From a virus (Duplodnaviria > Caudoviricetes): 38,851 nt of DNA. The translations under genes were made by a program, and so were the position numbers. The notes below the pieces were generated by a model that saw only the letters and a program-made list of their open reading frames with translations, was not told the origin of the DNA and made no database searches. Below, piece after piece: positions 7,574-18,015 of the stretch (its first letter is position 1; each line of letters starts with the position of its first letter). The stretch is from positions 1-38,851 of the IMG/VR virus record IMGVR_UViG_3300014208_000079. One strand, given 5' to 3'.

Positions 7574-8446
7574 TTATGCTTCTTGAGAACTTGCTACTAA
7601 TTGCCATTTATTAAGGGCGTTTGCTGTGTTATATTGAAACCCCAGGTTTAAAATTTTACTTAAGACTGTCGTTGAAGGTAGAGCAACACCGCCAGCCACA
7701 TATCCATTTCCCCAAGTTATAGCTCTTGCTGTTGCATTATCTTTTATTCTGATTATCAATTGTTGAAAATTTGTTGGAGTTCCTGATGGGTTGGCGATCG
7801 TGAAAGCTTGAGCTATGGCTGTAATATCAACTACATCATTAGCGTCAGCATCAGGTGTTACAGTTGCGGCATTAGCTACCGACTGAACTCGTTTAGTTGT
7901 TCTCTTATTTGTAAAAGTGACTGTATTTGAAGCTGTGACAGGGAGATTTGCAGTTTTGACATAATCACTATCCTCCATGGCTTTAGGGGTTACTATTTTA
8001 GTATCACTCGTTCCTGTATCTACTTCCGCCCCAGTAGCTTTTAAAGTCGTGACTAAGGCTGAAGTGTGTACTCCGGTTGGTCCGTGTTCAACTCCCAAAA
8101 ATTCTATCAATTTATCCCAATGTGTCGAAGTAAATAAAATTTCAACAACTGTACCGGCTGCAAATCCTTGTGCAGTACCCTCTGATCCTCTAACACAATC
8201 TATAAAATTAGTGCTTGATAATTTTCCAATAGATACTTCAGTTAAATTCTGGGCTCTTTTTACGCCGTTTTCATCAACTCTTCCCATCCGGAAAACATAC
8301 GCATTTCCGTTTGTTAAATTTGTAGCAGATTCTAGGGGAATTGTTTGAACTGTAGCATCGGAAACTCCCGCAGCCCCGATTCTTCCTGACCATAATGGTT
8401 TAGATTCAAAAAGAAAGTGTGTAACTTCTGTAGCTTTAGCAGCCAT
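7574..8446 (-). CDS. Tail fiber/spike protein
   Basis: VRGSEGTAQ..AAGTVVE N-terminal module; AEVDTGTSDTKIVTP repeat; Thr/Ala-rich beta C-terminal domain; follows the nozzle gene. Confidence 0.75.
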   Translation of the reverse strand: MAAKATEVTHFLFESKPLWSGRIGAAGVSDATVQTIPLESATNLTNGNAYVFRMGRVDENGVKRAQNLTEVSIGKLSSTNFIDCVRGSEGTAQGFAAGTVVEILFTSTHWDKLIEFLGVEHGPTGVHTSALVTTLKATGAEVDTGTSDTKIVTPKAMEDSDYVKTANLPVTASNTVTFTNKRTTKRVQSVANAATVTPDADANDVVDITAIAQAFTIANPSGTPTNFQQLIIRIKDNATARAITWGNGYVAGGVALPSTTVLSKILNLGFQYNTANALNKWQLVASSQEA

Positions 8447-8463
8447 AAGATTGAATTAAATTT

Positions 8464-10452
8464 TTAACTATATTTTGGCCTTCCGGACATGATTATTCCT
8501 TTGGCCTGAATTCTTAATAATTCCCAACTTGCAAGTGTGTCTGAATACACTTTAAATTGGATTGCTTTTATTTTTTCTCCTACTCGAATTGTTATTTTTT
8601 GAGAGGAGGTTGTAAATGTCGTTGGAACGTCTTCCGTATCTGAAAATAAAAAGTCGGAAAACTCATCATCTCCAATTCCTGAAGTTCCAACTGTTGAATC
8701 TGCTGAATCTGACGCAATACTTGAAACTGTTCCATCATCCTTCATTCCTAATATCTCAAACCAAACCGTTCCTAGTAAATGTCCAAATTCTGCAATCGCA
8801 TATCTCACTTTTGCTGAATCAGTTTTATCGTCTGATACAGGAATCAAAGGTGATATATATGATTGATTAAATGCAGCTCCAAAATCTCCTAAATAACTTT
8901 CTGAAATTTCAACGAGCTTATCTCCCGAAGTCGGTATTCCTAGGAAATGAGTATTACTACTACTATCTGTATATTCAAAGAATGCTTTAAATCCGATAGT
9001 CCAAGCCCAATTCCAGTTTCCTTTTTCAAAATCAAATAATATTGTTCTATCATTATCTGATCCGACCGCTACCGAAAAATATGCAACAGGTGGTCTAAAA
9101 TAACCTGCGATGTCTCCTACCTTAGACTGATTAATTGATCTCCATTGATTTCTAATTGGAGCTGTAGAGTCCGGTGAATCTAGTACCTGAAACATTTGTG
9201 CTTGATTCTGTAAAAAGAAAGCTCCATTTTTATTTCCAAACATTATCTTGTTTCCGGCCTTTATTACTGAATATGGAGCATCTGCTCCAGTTGCCCCGAC
9301 TATTTTATAAGCAACCGGTACTACAAACGTTGTTGAAGTAGCTCCTGATCCTATTGTTATACTGGTAAGTTCTATCTGGAATATTGTTCCTTGTCCATCT
9401 GGTGACTGGCAGAGAACTGTCACAATTGGATCTCCTTTACCTGTACGATAATGAACTACTGAAACCGGCTTATATCGTCCACCATATTCCAAATCAATGT
9501 AGAATCCGCCATAGAATGACGAAAAACGGGCAAAATCAACCCCTGTCCCTGATCCGTATACTCTCCAAGTATTATCCGGATCGTAAGTACCCCAAAGTCT
9601 ATTTCCTGACATTTCCATTGGTCCAAATTTAGGAGCTGCCGTTGTATTATCATCTGGTGTCTCTTGATATTCATTAACAGGATAGGTCGTTTGTCCCAGA
9701 TCTATAAATGCGGTGGCTGTTGCCGGTAATTCTGCTATCTTTAGTTCTTCTCCATCAACTTCACCCCAGAATATTTGATATCCTGTACCTGTTCCAATTG
9801 CCGGAAGATTAAAGTTAACTGCCTCAGCACTAGCCCAATAATCTCTGTGCTTATTAGTTGGAGCGCTAAGAGACGCTGATGGATCTGAAAATCCAACTAA
9901 ATTTACTATAACCACTCGATAATAATTGTTAAATGTTCCAGTTGTAAGTGTGGTTCTGGTCATTCCAGAGGGTGCAGCCGGTGTGGTAATTGCTGTATAA
10001 ACATTTAAATTAGTTCCATCAAAGTAGGCAAAAGGATCGTGTCTATTTGAAATAAACAGCTTTTTATCTGATTGAATAAAATATGGTTTATATCCCGAAG
10101 TAAAAGTTGCACCGGTAACTTCGGTCCATGCGCCGCCGTCTGCCGATTTCCACATTTTTCCACCACCAATAACTATTGCATATCGTGTAAAAGTGCCGTC
10201 TCCATTATCTTTCTCGTATTCTATCCCTCCGTCAATCATGGAGACTCCAGTAATTGCGGTTCCATAATAATTTGTTCCTGGTCGTGTTTTCCATTTTCCT
10301 GTTAACAATCCTTGAATTAAGTTGTTAGACTGCACTGCATATTTAGGATCAGTTTCAGCTTCACTTCCATTTGTCATTGTCCCCCCATTGAATCTTTTTA
10401 TATCAATGAAGTATTGTTTTACTTTAGTTGCAGGTAATGGATATACTTTCAT
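8464..10452 (-). CDS. Podoviral tail nozzle/stabilization protein (P22 gp10 / T7 gp12-like)
   Basis: F.GG...N....G.WKTRPG N-terminus; beta-propeller-like composition; size and position. Confidence 0.75.
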   Translation of the reverse strand: MKVYPLPATKVKQYFIDIKRFNGGTMTNGSEAETDPKYAVQSNNLIQGLLTGKWKTRPGTNYYGTAITGVSMIDGGIEYEKDNGDGTFTRYAIVIGGGKMWKSADGGAWTEVTGATFTSGYKPYFIQSDKKLFISNRHDPFAYFDGTNLNVYTAITTPAAPSGMTRTTLTTGTFNNYYRVVIVNLVGFSDPSASLSAPTNKHRDYWASAEAVNFNLPAIGTGTGYQIFWGEVDGEELKIAELPATATAFIDLGQTTYPVNEYQETPDDNTTAAPKFGPMEMSGNRLWGTYDPDNTWRVYGSGTGVDFARFSSFYGGFYIDLEYGGRYKPVSVVHYRTGKGDPIVTVLCQSPDGQGTIFQIELTSITIGSGATSTTFVVPVAYKIVGATGADAPYSVIKAGNKIMFGNKNGAFFLQNQAQMFQVLDSPDSTAPIRNQWRSINQSKVGDIAGYFRPPVAYFSVAVGSDNDRTILFDFEKGNWNWAWTIGFKAFFEYTDSSSNTHFLGIPTSGDKLVEISESYLGDFGAAFNQSYISPLIPVSDDKTDSAKVRYAIAEFGHLLGTVWFEILGMKDDGTVSSIASDSADSTVGTSGIGDDEFSDFLFSDTEDVPTTFTTSSQKITIRVGEKIKAIQFKVYSDTLASWELLRIQAKGIIMSGRPKYS

Positions 10453-10457
10453 ATTTA

Positions 10458-11162
10458 TTATTCACCCCAAGAAAATCCGCTATTTTGTCTATCTATATTT
10501 TTTATTTCTTGAGAATTGTTAGTCGGAGTTATAAAATTTTGTATAATCATCTGGTCCATAAGGGCCTTAGCCTTTTGTGCATATTTAGTTGAAATATCCG
10601 GCCTTTCTTCCTCAAATAAGACCGATAAGACGTCATAAACTAAGAAATAAGGTTTTTTAATTTCGGTAGTCGAAGTGGTCGCCGTAAATAGAGTAGGTAG
10701 TTTATAGTATGAATAAGCAATTGTTAGTCCGGCAGCCGTTGGAGTTGGATTAAGATGAAGCGTATATCCAACTTTTTCATTTCCTGTGATCCAGAAAAAC
10801 TTCTCTGAAGAATTATTGGTTTGTGCAAGTATTAAGTCATCATTAGTTTTGTGAGTATAAAAATTACCATCAACGGTAACGAGTGAGGAGATTTCAACAA
10901 AATCATCAGGCATTGCGTAAATTGCGTCATTTGCAGAAGTTGTTTTGTCTCCTGTTGCAGCATCAGCCAAGTCAACAAATAATTCATCCCATTTAATATT
11001 TTCTTCTTTTGCTCTGCCCCCATATGTTTCGATTGAATCGTTCAAGAAACTTCGGCGCACTAAATAATCCTCGCTAGTTGAAGCGGGTGTGCTACTATTC
11101 TTTTCATATTTTTTATGAATAATAGCCTGAAGCTGTGTTTCGGTTAAAGGTGATGTTGACAT
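10458..11162 (-). CDS. Head-tail adaptor (tail tubular protein A-like)
   Basis: Y.MPDDF and L.LNPTP...TIAYSYYKLP motifs; immediately precedes the nozzle gene. Confidence 0.75.
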   Translation of the reverse strand: MSTSPLTETQLQAIIHKKYEKNSSTPASTSEDYLVRRSFLNDSIETYGGRAKEENIKWDELFVDLADAATGDKTTSANDAIYAMPDDFVEISSLVTVDGNFYTHKTNDDLILAQTNNSSEKFFWITGNEKVGYTLHLNPTPTAAGLTIAYSYYKLPTLFTATTSTTEIKKPYFLVYDVLSVLFEEERPDISTKYAQKAKALMDQMIIQNFITPTNNSQEIKNIDRQNSGFSWGE

Positions 11163-11191
11163 ATATTTAAACTTGTTTAATTTTTACCCAC

Positions 11192-11340
11192 AAAAAAACG
11201 GCCTTGTCTAGATTTGAATACACAAAGCTAAACAAAGCCGTTCACAGACTCCTTGAGGTAGGTTCCTCGGAGTCAAAACGTTAGCAATACTGCTAATCTA
11301 CTTTAATAGTACCAAACGTATCAAACTATTTCAACTCAAT
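11192..11340 (-). promoter_or_regulatory. Late promoter, structured leader and terminator (element A, before tail genes)
   Basis: TTGAAA (11329-34)-17nt-TACTAT (11306-11); hairpins TTAGCA/TGCTAA and GACTCC..GGAGTC; terminator 11192-11242. Confidence 0.75.
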
Positions 11341-14300
11341 TTTTTGAGATCGGATACGATTGATTTAATTTTAAAAGCAACCCTCTTTGGTTGTTTTATA
11401 GGTATTTTGGTTATTTTAATGGTGTTTTTAGGCATTTTGATTTTAAGCTTAGCTATTTTCTTTGGTTTTTTAACTTTAATTTTTTTAAATGCAATTTTTT
11501 TAGCCTTTGGTTTCTTAGTAAATTGAATATATCCTGCCAATGGAGGTAAACCTAGTTTTTCTCTTTGTTGATTGTTATAGGCAGTATTAGCGTCTAAATA
11601 TGCTTTTACTTGAGGATCTTTCCAATTTTTAGCATCCATTTGTGTTTGGACGTAGGCAGAAGCTATGGGTTTATTACTTGATTGAACTGTTCCAGGAATA
11701 GGATTTTCATCAAAATATTTACTTCTTATACTAAATAAGGCTACAAGTTCTGGATATGCTTTTGTCATATCTTTTCGATCTTGCGATCCCTCGGGAAGAG
11801 CTTCGTATCTCATATATTTTTTAGCTGTGTCATAGTTGACCAGATAAAGAGGATCTATTGCTTTCCCTGTCTTTTGAGCGGTTTGTAATTCAATTTGTTG
11901 TTTTGCTTCAAATACTTTTGGGTAAGTTAAATAAATTTGATACTTAAGTATTCGTGTGTTTGGATCGTTGCTATCAGATTTTGGAATAGCATTAAAAGCC
12001 TGTTGTTCTTGATCGCCTAAACCTTTTATTGCCTTGTCTTTTGCATCATAATAATAACCAGTGTCTATTGATTTATTGGTATAAAATCTAAAAGGTGCTT
12101 CCATTGCTCGAGAAAGTCTTTGATACATAGGGTCTTCTTGGTTTCTTGGATCTAGAAGTTCTTTCAAATACGGATGCGATAAATATTGTGTTCCTAAATA
12201 TTTTCCTATTGCTCCAAATTTTTCACCGGTTGTCATGTTTTCTTCAGTTATTGGCTTACCAAAGTAATCAGAATTAGCCGCTACATCAGCAAGGGGTCGA
12301 ATCATTGAAGAAGAATAGGTTTGAGAAGCGTCTTTTATTGCTCCAGAGATATCTCCCTGAGCAATCATTTTTCCTTCTCTAAAGATAGCCCTAGGCATCG
12401 TTGCAATTGAAGATAAATATGGAACTCCAAGAACTGTTCCATCTTTAAGAGGAATAAGCAACTTATCTTCTTTACCTTTTGGATTATCTAACATTGACCG
12501 GCCATTATTATAATGTCTGTTTAACTTATCATAGGCTAATGCCGTTAGTGTTGCACCAACCATAAATTTAAGATTAGATCTGTTTTCGAGCGCTAAAGGA
12601 TTTGCAAGAGATTTTATATTATTCAGCCAAAAGTTTATCATTGACTCACGATATCGAGGAGCAAATGCAAATGTTGATAAAACGTCTTTTCCTAATTGTC
12701 CTTGTTGTGCTGTTTTTGCTGTCGAAGTTAATCCATAGAAGTTTTTTGTTGCTTGAGATGCAATCTGAATAGCCTCTTCGGAACCTTTACCGGCATTGAG
12801 AGCAGCCTGTTTAGCATCTTTATAAAATTCTGTTTGAAGAACTGGCATAAAACGCTTAAAAGTAGGTTCATTAACTGTTTTATTCCATGCTTCTCCAATA
12901 CTTTTACCAAATAATCCCTCAATTGTGCCTTTTTTAACAAGACTTTCTGTGTTGAAGGTTGTTGAAATGGGAATATTGTTTAGTTGTTGTTCTTTGATAA
13001 ATTCTGCGTTATCACTAAAATATTTATTTGATCCTGTATCTGATAACGACGTCCAAATAGCTTTCAGAGGGCTTTTTACTCGTCCGGCCATAACCTCTTT
13101 TGTAACCTGTGCAAAAGTCCAAGCATTAATTGGAGTTTTTGGAAGTCCACCTGATAAAGTAATATCTTGAATCTTCGATGATATATTAGCCGGAATGCTC
13201 ATGGAGCTTTCTTGTTTTGAAAATACTTGATTAATTACCTTAGCAACTTCCGGCGGGGCATAATAAGCACCTTCTCTATAACCTCCATCACTCATTCTTG
13301 TTCTGGGCGCCGTAAATCCTTCTGCTGTAATTGGGACCAACCCTGGACCTCTTAAAGTTGATAGAAATCCTTGGTCTTTCAATTGGTTAGCAAATTCTAT
13401 ATTTGCTTTAGTTTTTTCAAGTTTTTTAGTGTATTCGGATAACAATTGGGCCGGATTAGTAAATTTTGGGTTAAGACCCATTTTTATACCCTCTTCGTAT
13501 GTCGGGTATTTTCGTTCTTTACTGAAATTAAATTTTTGACCTAATGTTTTATATAATTGTGCTACTTCTTCTTGGGGACGGTCCCAAATATGGGTGATAT
13601 AGTCTTTTAAATATCCAATATCAATCCCGCTTTTATTAGCATAATCATATAAATTATTAAACTCATTTCTTAATTTTCCTGAATATTGTTTGGCCTCTCC
13701 CGACACTTTGGCGTTTGGATTTTCCATGAATTTAATTACCTCATCGCCTTTTATGTTTGGAGGAACATTAAGTTTTGCCCCAGTTTGAACTCCAATAGTT
13801 GAAGAAGCGTTCCTTTTGCCTATCCATTCTGCAAATAATTTATCAAAGGCCTGTTTATTTTCGGTCGATCTGAATTTTGCTTGGTTAATCATCTGGTCTT
13901 GATCAAAGTTCGTCATACTTGGTATCTGATCAACATTACTACCCCTTTGTGGTTTATAAGTTCCCAACTCTCTTTTTAATTTATCCTGTTCCAATCCTTT
14001 TATAAAAGCGTCCTCATTTTTAATATTAAAATCCCTACCGGCTGTTTTTTTTGAAGTGGTAAGTAATATTCCTGGGAGTCTTTTCTTAGCCGCAAGTTGT
14101 TCTGGGGTGAGTTTCATACTGGCACTTTCTTCATTGCCAAATCTTACTATTTGATCTTTAAGAGGAATATTTTGGGAAGCATAGGGCGTAGTATATTTTC
14201 TTTGTTGCGGGGATAGGGGTTCTCTGAACTGAACATCACGAGCTTCTATTTCACCCGCAAGACGTTCATAAGTTTTAATTTTATCAATTTGACTTGGTTT

Positions 14301-15593
14301 ATAATTTAAAAGACCTTTAATTTCATCCTTTTTATTGTAAATCTCGTTGATTAATTTCTTTTTATATTGCTCAATACTTCCATTAAATCCAGATAGTTGT
14401 CTATTGGTTTCAAGTTCATGTGGAGAACTATTTATTATTTTATTTAAGGCTTCTTGTTCTTGGCTTAAGTTTTTAATTTTATTTGTAATATCAACATTAC
14501 CTTGTCTGCTTAATGTGAATTGATTTGGGCTACCACCCTTCGCAAATCCTTCTATATCTTGCAATCCATGTTGAACTTCATGAAGAATGGTTGATCGAAG
14601 TTCACCTGGTGAAAGTTTTGGGTTAAGATTAAGAGTGAAAGTTTTTGGATTGAAAGAGCCATTGTTGCCTTTCTCCATGGTATTATCAAACATTACTCGA
14701 AGTTTTTTAAGTTGAGGATATTGTGTATATAAACCCTCATGTTCAAAGATATCGCCTAATCGTGAGGCTCCTTCTTTTATTTTTTCACCTAAATTTTTTA
14801 CTTTTAGGAATGCTTGTCTATCGCTTATTTCAAATCTTGGCAATTTATCTGCGAGTGATGTAAAACCTTTTTGTTTAATAAGTTCTTCACCACGTTTAGC
14901 GTTTTTTCCTCCAAGTAAACCCATCATTAATGGAAATTCTGCTAAATTACCAACCATTTGACCTGTTGGATTTTTAGTTATAGCATCACCTAAACCCGCC
15001 GGTTTTTCTAGTGTTAAAGCGGGAATGCCACCTTTTTTTAACGCTTCAAACGTACCTAATTTTTTACCCTGATTTTGTATTTGATATGCTTTAGCCCCTT
15101 TAATTAAGTCATAAGCAGGCATAGCTAGATCCTGAATTGGATCGGGAAAAATAGTAGCAATTCCTCCGGCTAAACCTAATGCACCTTGACCTCTTTGAAT
15201 TAAAGTTTTATTTTTACCAAAAGCCATTTTTGCACTTGGAGCAATATTTGTAAGGGGGTCAATGTATCTATTTGCAACATAAGCTCCAGGAGAACCGAAT
15301 AATTTCTTAGTAAACCCGCTAAATGTAGGTGAAGGGTTATATAGTTCACTTTTTACATTACCTGCAAATGTTTTGATTGGTTGAGTAACTTTTTGAAAGT
15401 TTTGCTGTGTTTTCTGTGGTGAACTATATTGTGGAGCAAAGGGAATAAAAGGGGACACCTTCTGATAGGCGTTGGAGTAATTTTGCAACATAGCAGGAGC
15501 CTGTCTTACGACATTACCTGCAAAGTTGTTGACCCCACTACCAAAATCAGTTAACCTCTTTTTGAGAGAAGTGATTATTCCACTTATCTTCAT
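11331..15593 (-). CDS. Large polyvalent/internal virion (ejection) protein with LPD23-like zincin and LPD38-like regions
   Basis: FEISD, LYTQYPQL, ILHEVQHGLQDIEGFAKGGSP (HExxH), YERLAGEIEARDV, PLADVAANSDYFGKPI; Lys-rich C-terminal tail. Confidence 0.8.
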   Translation of the reverse strand: MKISGIITSLKKRLTDFGSGVNNFAGNVVRQAPAMLQNYSNAYQKVSPFIPFAPQYSSPQKTQQNFQKVTQPIKTFAGNVKSELYNPSPTFSGFTKKLFGSPGAYVANRYIDPLTNIAPSAKMAFGKNKTLIQRGQGALGLAGGIATIFPDPIQDLAMPAYDLIKGAKAYQIQNQGKKLGTFEALKKGGIPALTLEKPAGLGDAITKNPTGQMVGNLAEFPLMMGLLGGKNAKRGEELIKQKGFTSLADKLPRFEISDRQAFLKVKNLGEKIKEGASRLGDIFEHEGLYTQYPQLKKLRVMFDNTMEKGNNGSFNPKTFTLNLNPKLSPGELRSTILHEVQHGLQDIEGFAKGGSPNQFTLSRQGNVDITNKIKNLSQEQEALNKIINSSPHELETNRQLSGFNGSIEQYKKKLINEIYNKKDEIKGLLNYKPSQIDKIKTYERLAGEIEARDVQFREPLSPQQRKYTTPYASQNIPLKDQIVRFGNEESASMKLTPEQLAAKKRLPGILLTTSKKTAGRDFNIKNEDAFIKGLEQDKLKRELGTYKPQRGSNVDQIPSMTNFDQDQMINQAKFRSTENKQAFDKLFAEWIGKRNASSTIGVQTGAKLNVPPNIKGDEVIKFMENPNAKVSGEAKQYSGKLRNEFNNLYDYANKSGIDIGYLKDYITHIWDRPQEEVAQLYKTLGQKFNFSKERKYPTYEEGIKMGLNPKFTNPAQLLSEYTKKLEKTKANIEFANQLKDQGFLSTLRGPGLVPITAEGFTAPRTRMSDGGYREGAYYAPPEVAKVINQVFSKQESSMSIPANISSKIQDITLSGGLPKTPINAWTFAQVTKEVMAGRVKSPLKAIWTSLSDTGSNKYFSDNAEFIKEQQLNNIPISTTFNTESLVKKGTIEGLFGKSIGEAWNKTVNEPTFKRFMPVLQTEFYKDAKQAALNAGKGSEEAIQIASQATKNFYGLTSTAKTAQQGQLGKDVLSTFAFAPRYRESMINFWLNNIKSLANPLALENRSNLKFMVGATLTALAYDKLNRHYNNGRSMLDNPKGKEDKLLIPLKDGTVLGVPYLSSIATMPRAIFREGKMIAQGDISGAIKDASQTYSSSMIRPLADVAANSDYFGKPITEENMTTGEKFGAIGKYLGTQYLSHPYLKELLDPRNQEDPMYQRLSRAMEAPFRFYTNKSIDTGYYYDAKDKAIKGLGDQEQQAFNAIPKSDSNDPNTRILKYQIYLTYPKVFEAKQQIELQTAQKTGKAIDPLYLVNYDTAKKYMRYEALPEGSQDRKDMTKAYPELVALFSIRSKYFDENPIPGTVQSSNKPIASAYVQTQMDAKNWKDPQVKAYLDANTAYNNQQREKLGLPPLAGYIQFTKKPKAKKIAFKKIKVKKPKKIAKLKIKMPKNTIKITKIPIKQPKRVAFKIKSIVSDLKKLS

Positions 15594-15616
15594 ATTGTTA
15601 AATTAATTGGTAATGG

Positions 15617-16837
15617 TTACTTGGTCGTATCCCAAGGATTTTTCTTTACTGCCCAAGGATTTGTATAGTTATATGAATCTTGCTTCTGTTGAGGTCCATT
15701 CATAGCGTTCATTTGATTGAATACTATTGATTGTGGATCAAAATTAGAGTTGTTAGCGAGCTGTAATTTTAAAGCTGTTAAATTAGATAATTGTGTTTGA
15801 GCTTGTGATTGCATATTCATTGCAAATTGTCTACCTTCAGATTCAATCTGTGATAATTCGTTTTGAGCTCTAGATAACAAACCTGTTTCTAATTGATTAA
15901 GAGCTTGTACTTTTTCCAAAGGAACGCTTGCTTTCATTTCTTTTATTCTTGTTACCATTGGTAGGTATTTATCTCTAATACCCTGTAATTGTGTACCCTT
16001 CCATTGTTCAAGCTCCATTTTTTGACTATTAAAAGTTGTTTGTACATCAACAACCTTTTGATCAACTTGCATTAATTGGTCATTAATCTGTTTTTGTATT
16101 CCACCACGTTCATGAGCTGCAATCTTTGAATATGCATAGGCCGCCATTGGGGAAGCAGATGATGACCCGGCTCCCATAGCTCCAAGTTGAGCAGATGAGG
16201 CTTTAAGCATGTTTCTTAAGTTTGAAGAAAGGTCGGAGATTGAATTTTTACCTTGTGTTAGAACGTTTTGTTTTGATAGATCTAACTTTTGATTAGCAAG
16301 TGTTTGACCTTCTTGAATACCGCCAAACATACTATTGTATGTATCACCAGCGAGCTTTTCATCATTAGCCTGCATGGTTGGATACATGTTTGATATTTGG
16401 TCTAGGTTTGAAGAATATTGATCATAGCCTGAATTAATGTTGTTGCGAATAGTAGCATTACGGGCTTCAATTTCTCTCTGAAGAGAATCATCTTGACCTC
16501 CACCACCGCCTCCCAACGGCTCCCATTGAACACCATTCCATCTCATTCCATTTCTTTGATCTCCTACATTAGCTCCTTGAGCCTCATTAATATTAAATCC
16601 AGCAGGAGGAGGGTTGGTTTTAACACCACCCGTAGTAACTATTGGAGAGGATTTTTGCACGGGTTGAGTTGTTGGAGTTGGATTTGTATACTGAGGCCAA
16701 CTTGCCATACTTGCTCCACTATTTGGAGCAGGGGGTTGAAAAGGATTAACTCCTAAAGCTGGAGCATTTTTTTCTGTCCAACCAAAATCTGGGATATTCA
16801 TCCCCATGAAAGACCATTGTCCTGGTGTAATTGTCAT
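15617..16837 (-). CDS. Putative internal virion/DNA ejection protein
   Basis: Q/N/A/G-rich coiled coil with a MGAGSSS segment; position before the large internal protein. Confidence 0.65.
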   Translation of the reverse strand: MTITPGQWSFMGMNIPDFGWTEKNAPALGVNPFQPPAPNSGASMASWPQYTNPTPTTQPVQKSSPIVTTGGVKTNPPPAGFNINEAQGANVGDQRNGMRWNGVQWEPLGGGGGGQDDSLQREIEARNATIRNNINSGYDQYSSNLDQISNMYPTMQANDEKLAGDTYNSMFGGIQEGQTLANQKLDLSKQNVLTQGKNSISDLSSNLRNMLKASSAQLGAMGAGSSSASPMAAYAYSKIAAHERGGIQKQINDQLMQVDQKVVDVQTTFNSQKMELEQWKGTQLQGIRDKYLPMVTRIKEMKASVPLEKVQALNQLETGLLSRAQNELSQIESEGRQFAMNMQSQAQTQLSNLTALKLQLANNSNFDPQSIVFNQMNAMNGPQQKQDSYNYTNPWAVKKNPWDTTK

Positions 16838-16842
16838 ATTAT

Positions 16843-16870
16843 TTGAAAAAAATTAATAATTTGATATAAT
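16843..16870 (+). promoter_or_regulatory. Sigma70-type promoter giving a probably leaderless moron transcript
   Basis: TTGAAA-16nt-TATAAT with extended TG; the GTG start is 6 nt downstream of the -10 box. Confidence 0.7.
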
Positions 16871-16876
16871 GAGAGT

Positions 16877-17347
16877 GTGAGAAGGTTAATTGTTTATGTT
16901 CTTCTTTTTACTCTTTTTGTAGGGTTCCTTACTGTTGTAAAGACCCGTTCTTCGTCTAATTTAATTCCTCAAAAACAAATTAAAGAAATTAAAATAGATG
17001 AAAACAAACTGTTTAATTTGGTAAATACTTGGCGAAAATCTGTTAATTTAACCGAATATATAAAAGATGATCGTTTATGTGAGATCGCTAAAGACAGGGC
17101 TGATGATGAATTTGATCATCAAGGTTTTATTGATAAATATAGTAATAATCCAAATTATCCTAAAATTGCTATGCAGGAAAATTTATCTACTGCGTATGAC
17201 GAATTTGGTAGAGCCTTTAATAATAATCAAATTTTTTATGGATGGCTTTCTTCTGCTCCTCATAGAGAAACTCTTGAAAAACCATATAAATATTCGTGTA
17301 TTGTGTGTGACGAACAATGTGTCGAAATATTCGGAAATTATTTATAG
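16877..17347 (+). CDS. CAP/SCP-domain protein with N-terminal membrane anchor (moron)
   Basis: LVNTWRK...L..IAKDRA, H.GF, ENL and GWLSSAPHRETL CAP motifs. Confidence 0.85.
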   Translation: MRRLIVYVLLFTLFVGFLTVVKTRSSSNLIPQKQIKEIKIDENKLFNLVNTWRKSVNLTEYIKDDRLCEIAKDRADDEFDHQGFIDKYSNNPNYPKIAMQENLSTAYDEFGRAFNNNQIFYGWLSSAPHRETLEKPYKYSCIVCDEQCVEIFGNYL

Positions 17348-17362
17348 TTTTGAAAAATAAAT

Positions 17363-17995
17363 ATGATTAAATGGGTAATTGTTTTAGTTACCTTTTTGTT
17401 AATAATTATTTCTTCTGTTCAAGCCCATCCTGGTAATACCGCTTCTGACGGCTGCCATTATTGTCGAACTAATTGTAGTTCTTGGGGTGTTCCTTGGAAT
17501 CAAAAACATTGTCATAATACCTATAGACCTCAGCCTCAAATTAACTATACTTTTCCTCAAATGAATGCTGAATGGGACCTTTTACCCAATGACGATGGCC
17601 AAACATTTGATATTGGTATCACACTGAAAGATCCTAATCCTTCAAGATATAGTGTTACATTAAATAAATGTGCGGGTTGTGACCCTGGACCGCTTGTTGA
17701 TTGGTCTGATAATCATTTTTATTTTAAAAATATTTCTCAAGGTACTTGGTATATGAATATCAGAAAAGAAATAGGTGGTTATTGGTCAAATATTTCTTAT
17801 TGGACAATTAATGTTCCTGAATGGTATTCTCCACCGGCTCCAACATCCGTACCAATTCCAACACCTCAATCTTTTACAAATAAACATCCAGTAATTAGCG
17901 TCCTGGGATTATATTTTGGAGTAATCTTTGGCGTTGGCCTTACCGTAGTTCTTATCGGAAAAGTTATTGATTGGATAAAATCTAAATTTACCTAA
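17363..17995 (+). CDS. Secreted, C-terminally membrane-anchored protein with YHYH-like His/Cys N-terminus (moron)
   Basis: Signal peptide ending VQA; HPGNT..DGCHYCR...HCH; Pro/Thr linker; C-terminal TM helix. Confidence 0.75.
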   Translation: MIKWVIVLVTFLLIIISSVQAHPGNTASDGCHYCRTNCSSWGVPWNQKHCHNTYRPQPQINYTFPQMNAEWDLLPNDDGQTFDIGITLKDPNPSRYSVTLNKCAGCDPGPLVDWSDNHFYFKNISQGTWYMNIRKEIGGYWSNISYWTINVPEWYSPPAPTSVPIPTPQSFTNKHPVISVLGLYFGVIFGVGLTVVLIGKVIDWIKSKFT

Positions 17996-18015
17996 TTTAA
18001 AAGTGCAACTCTTCC

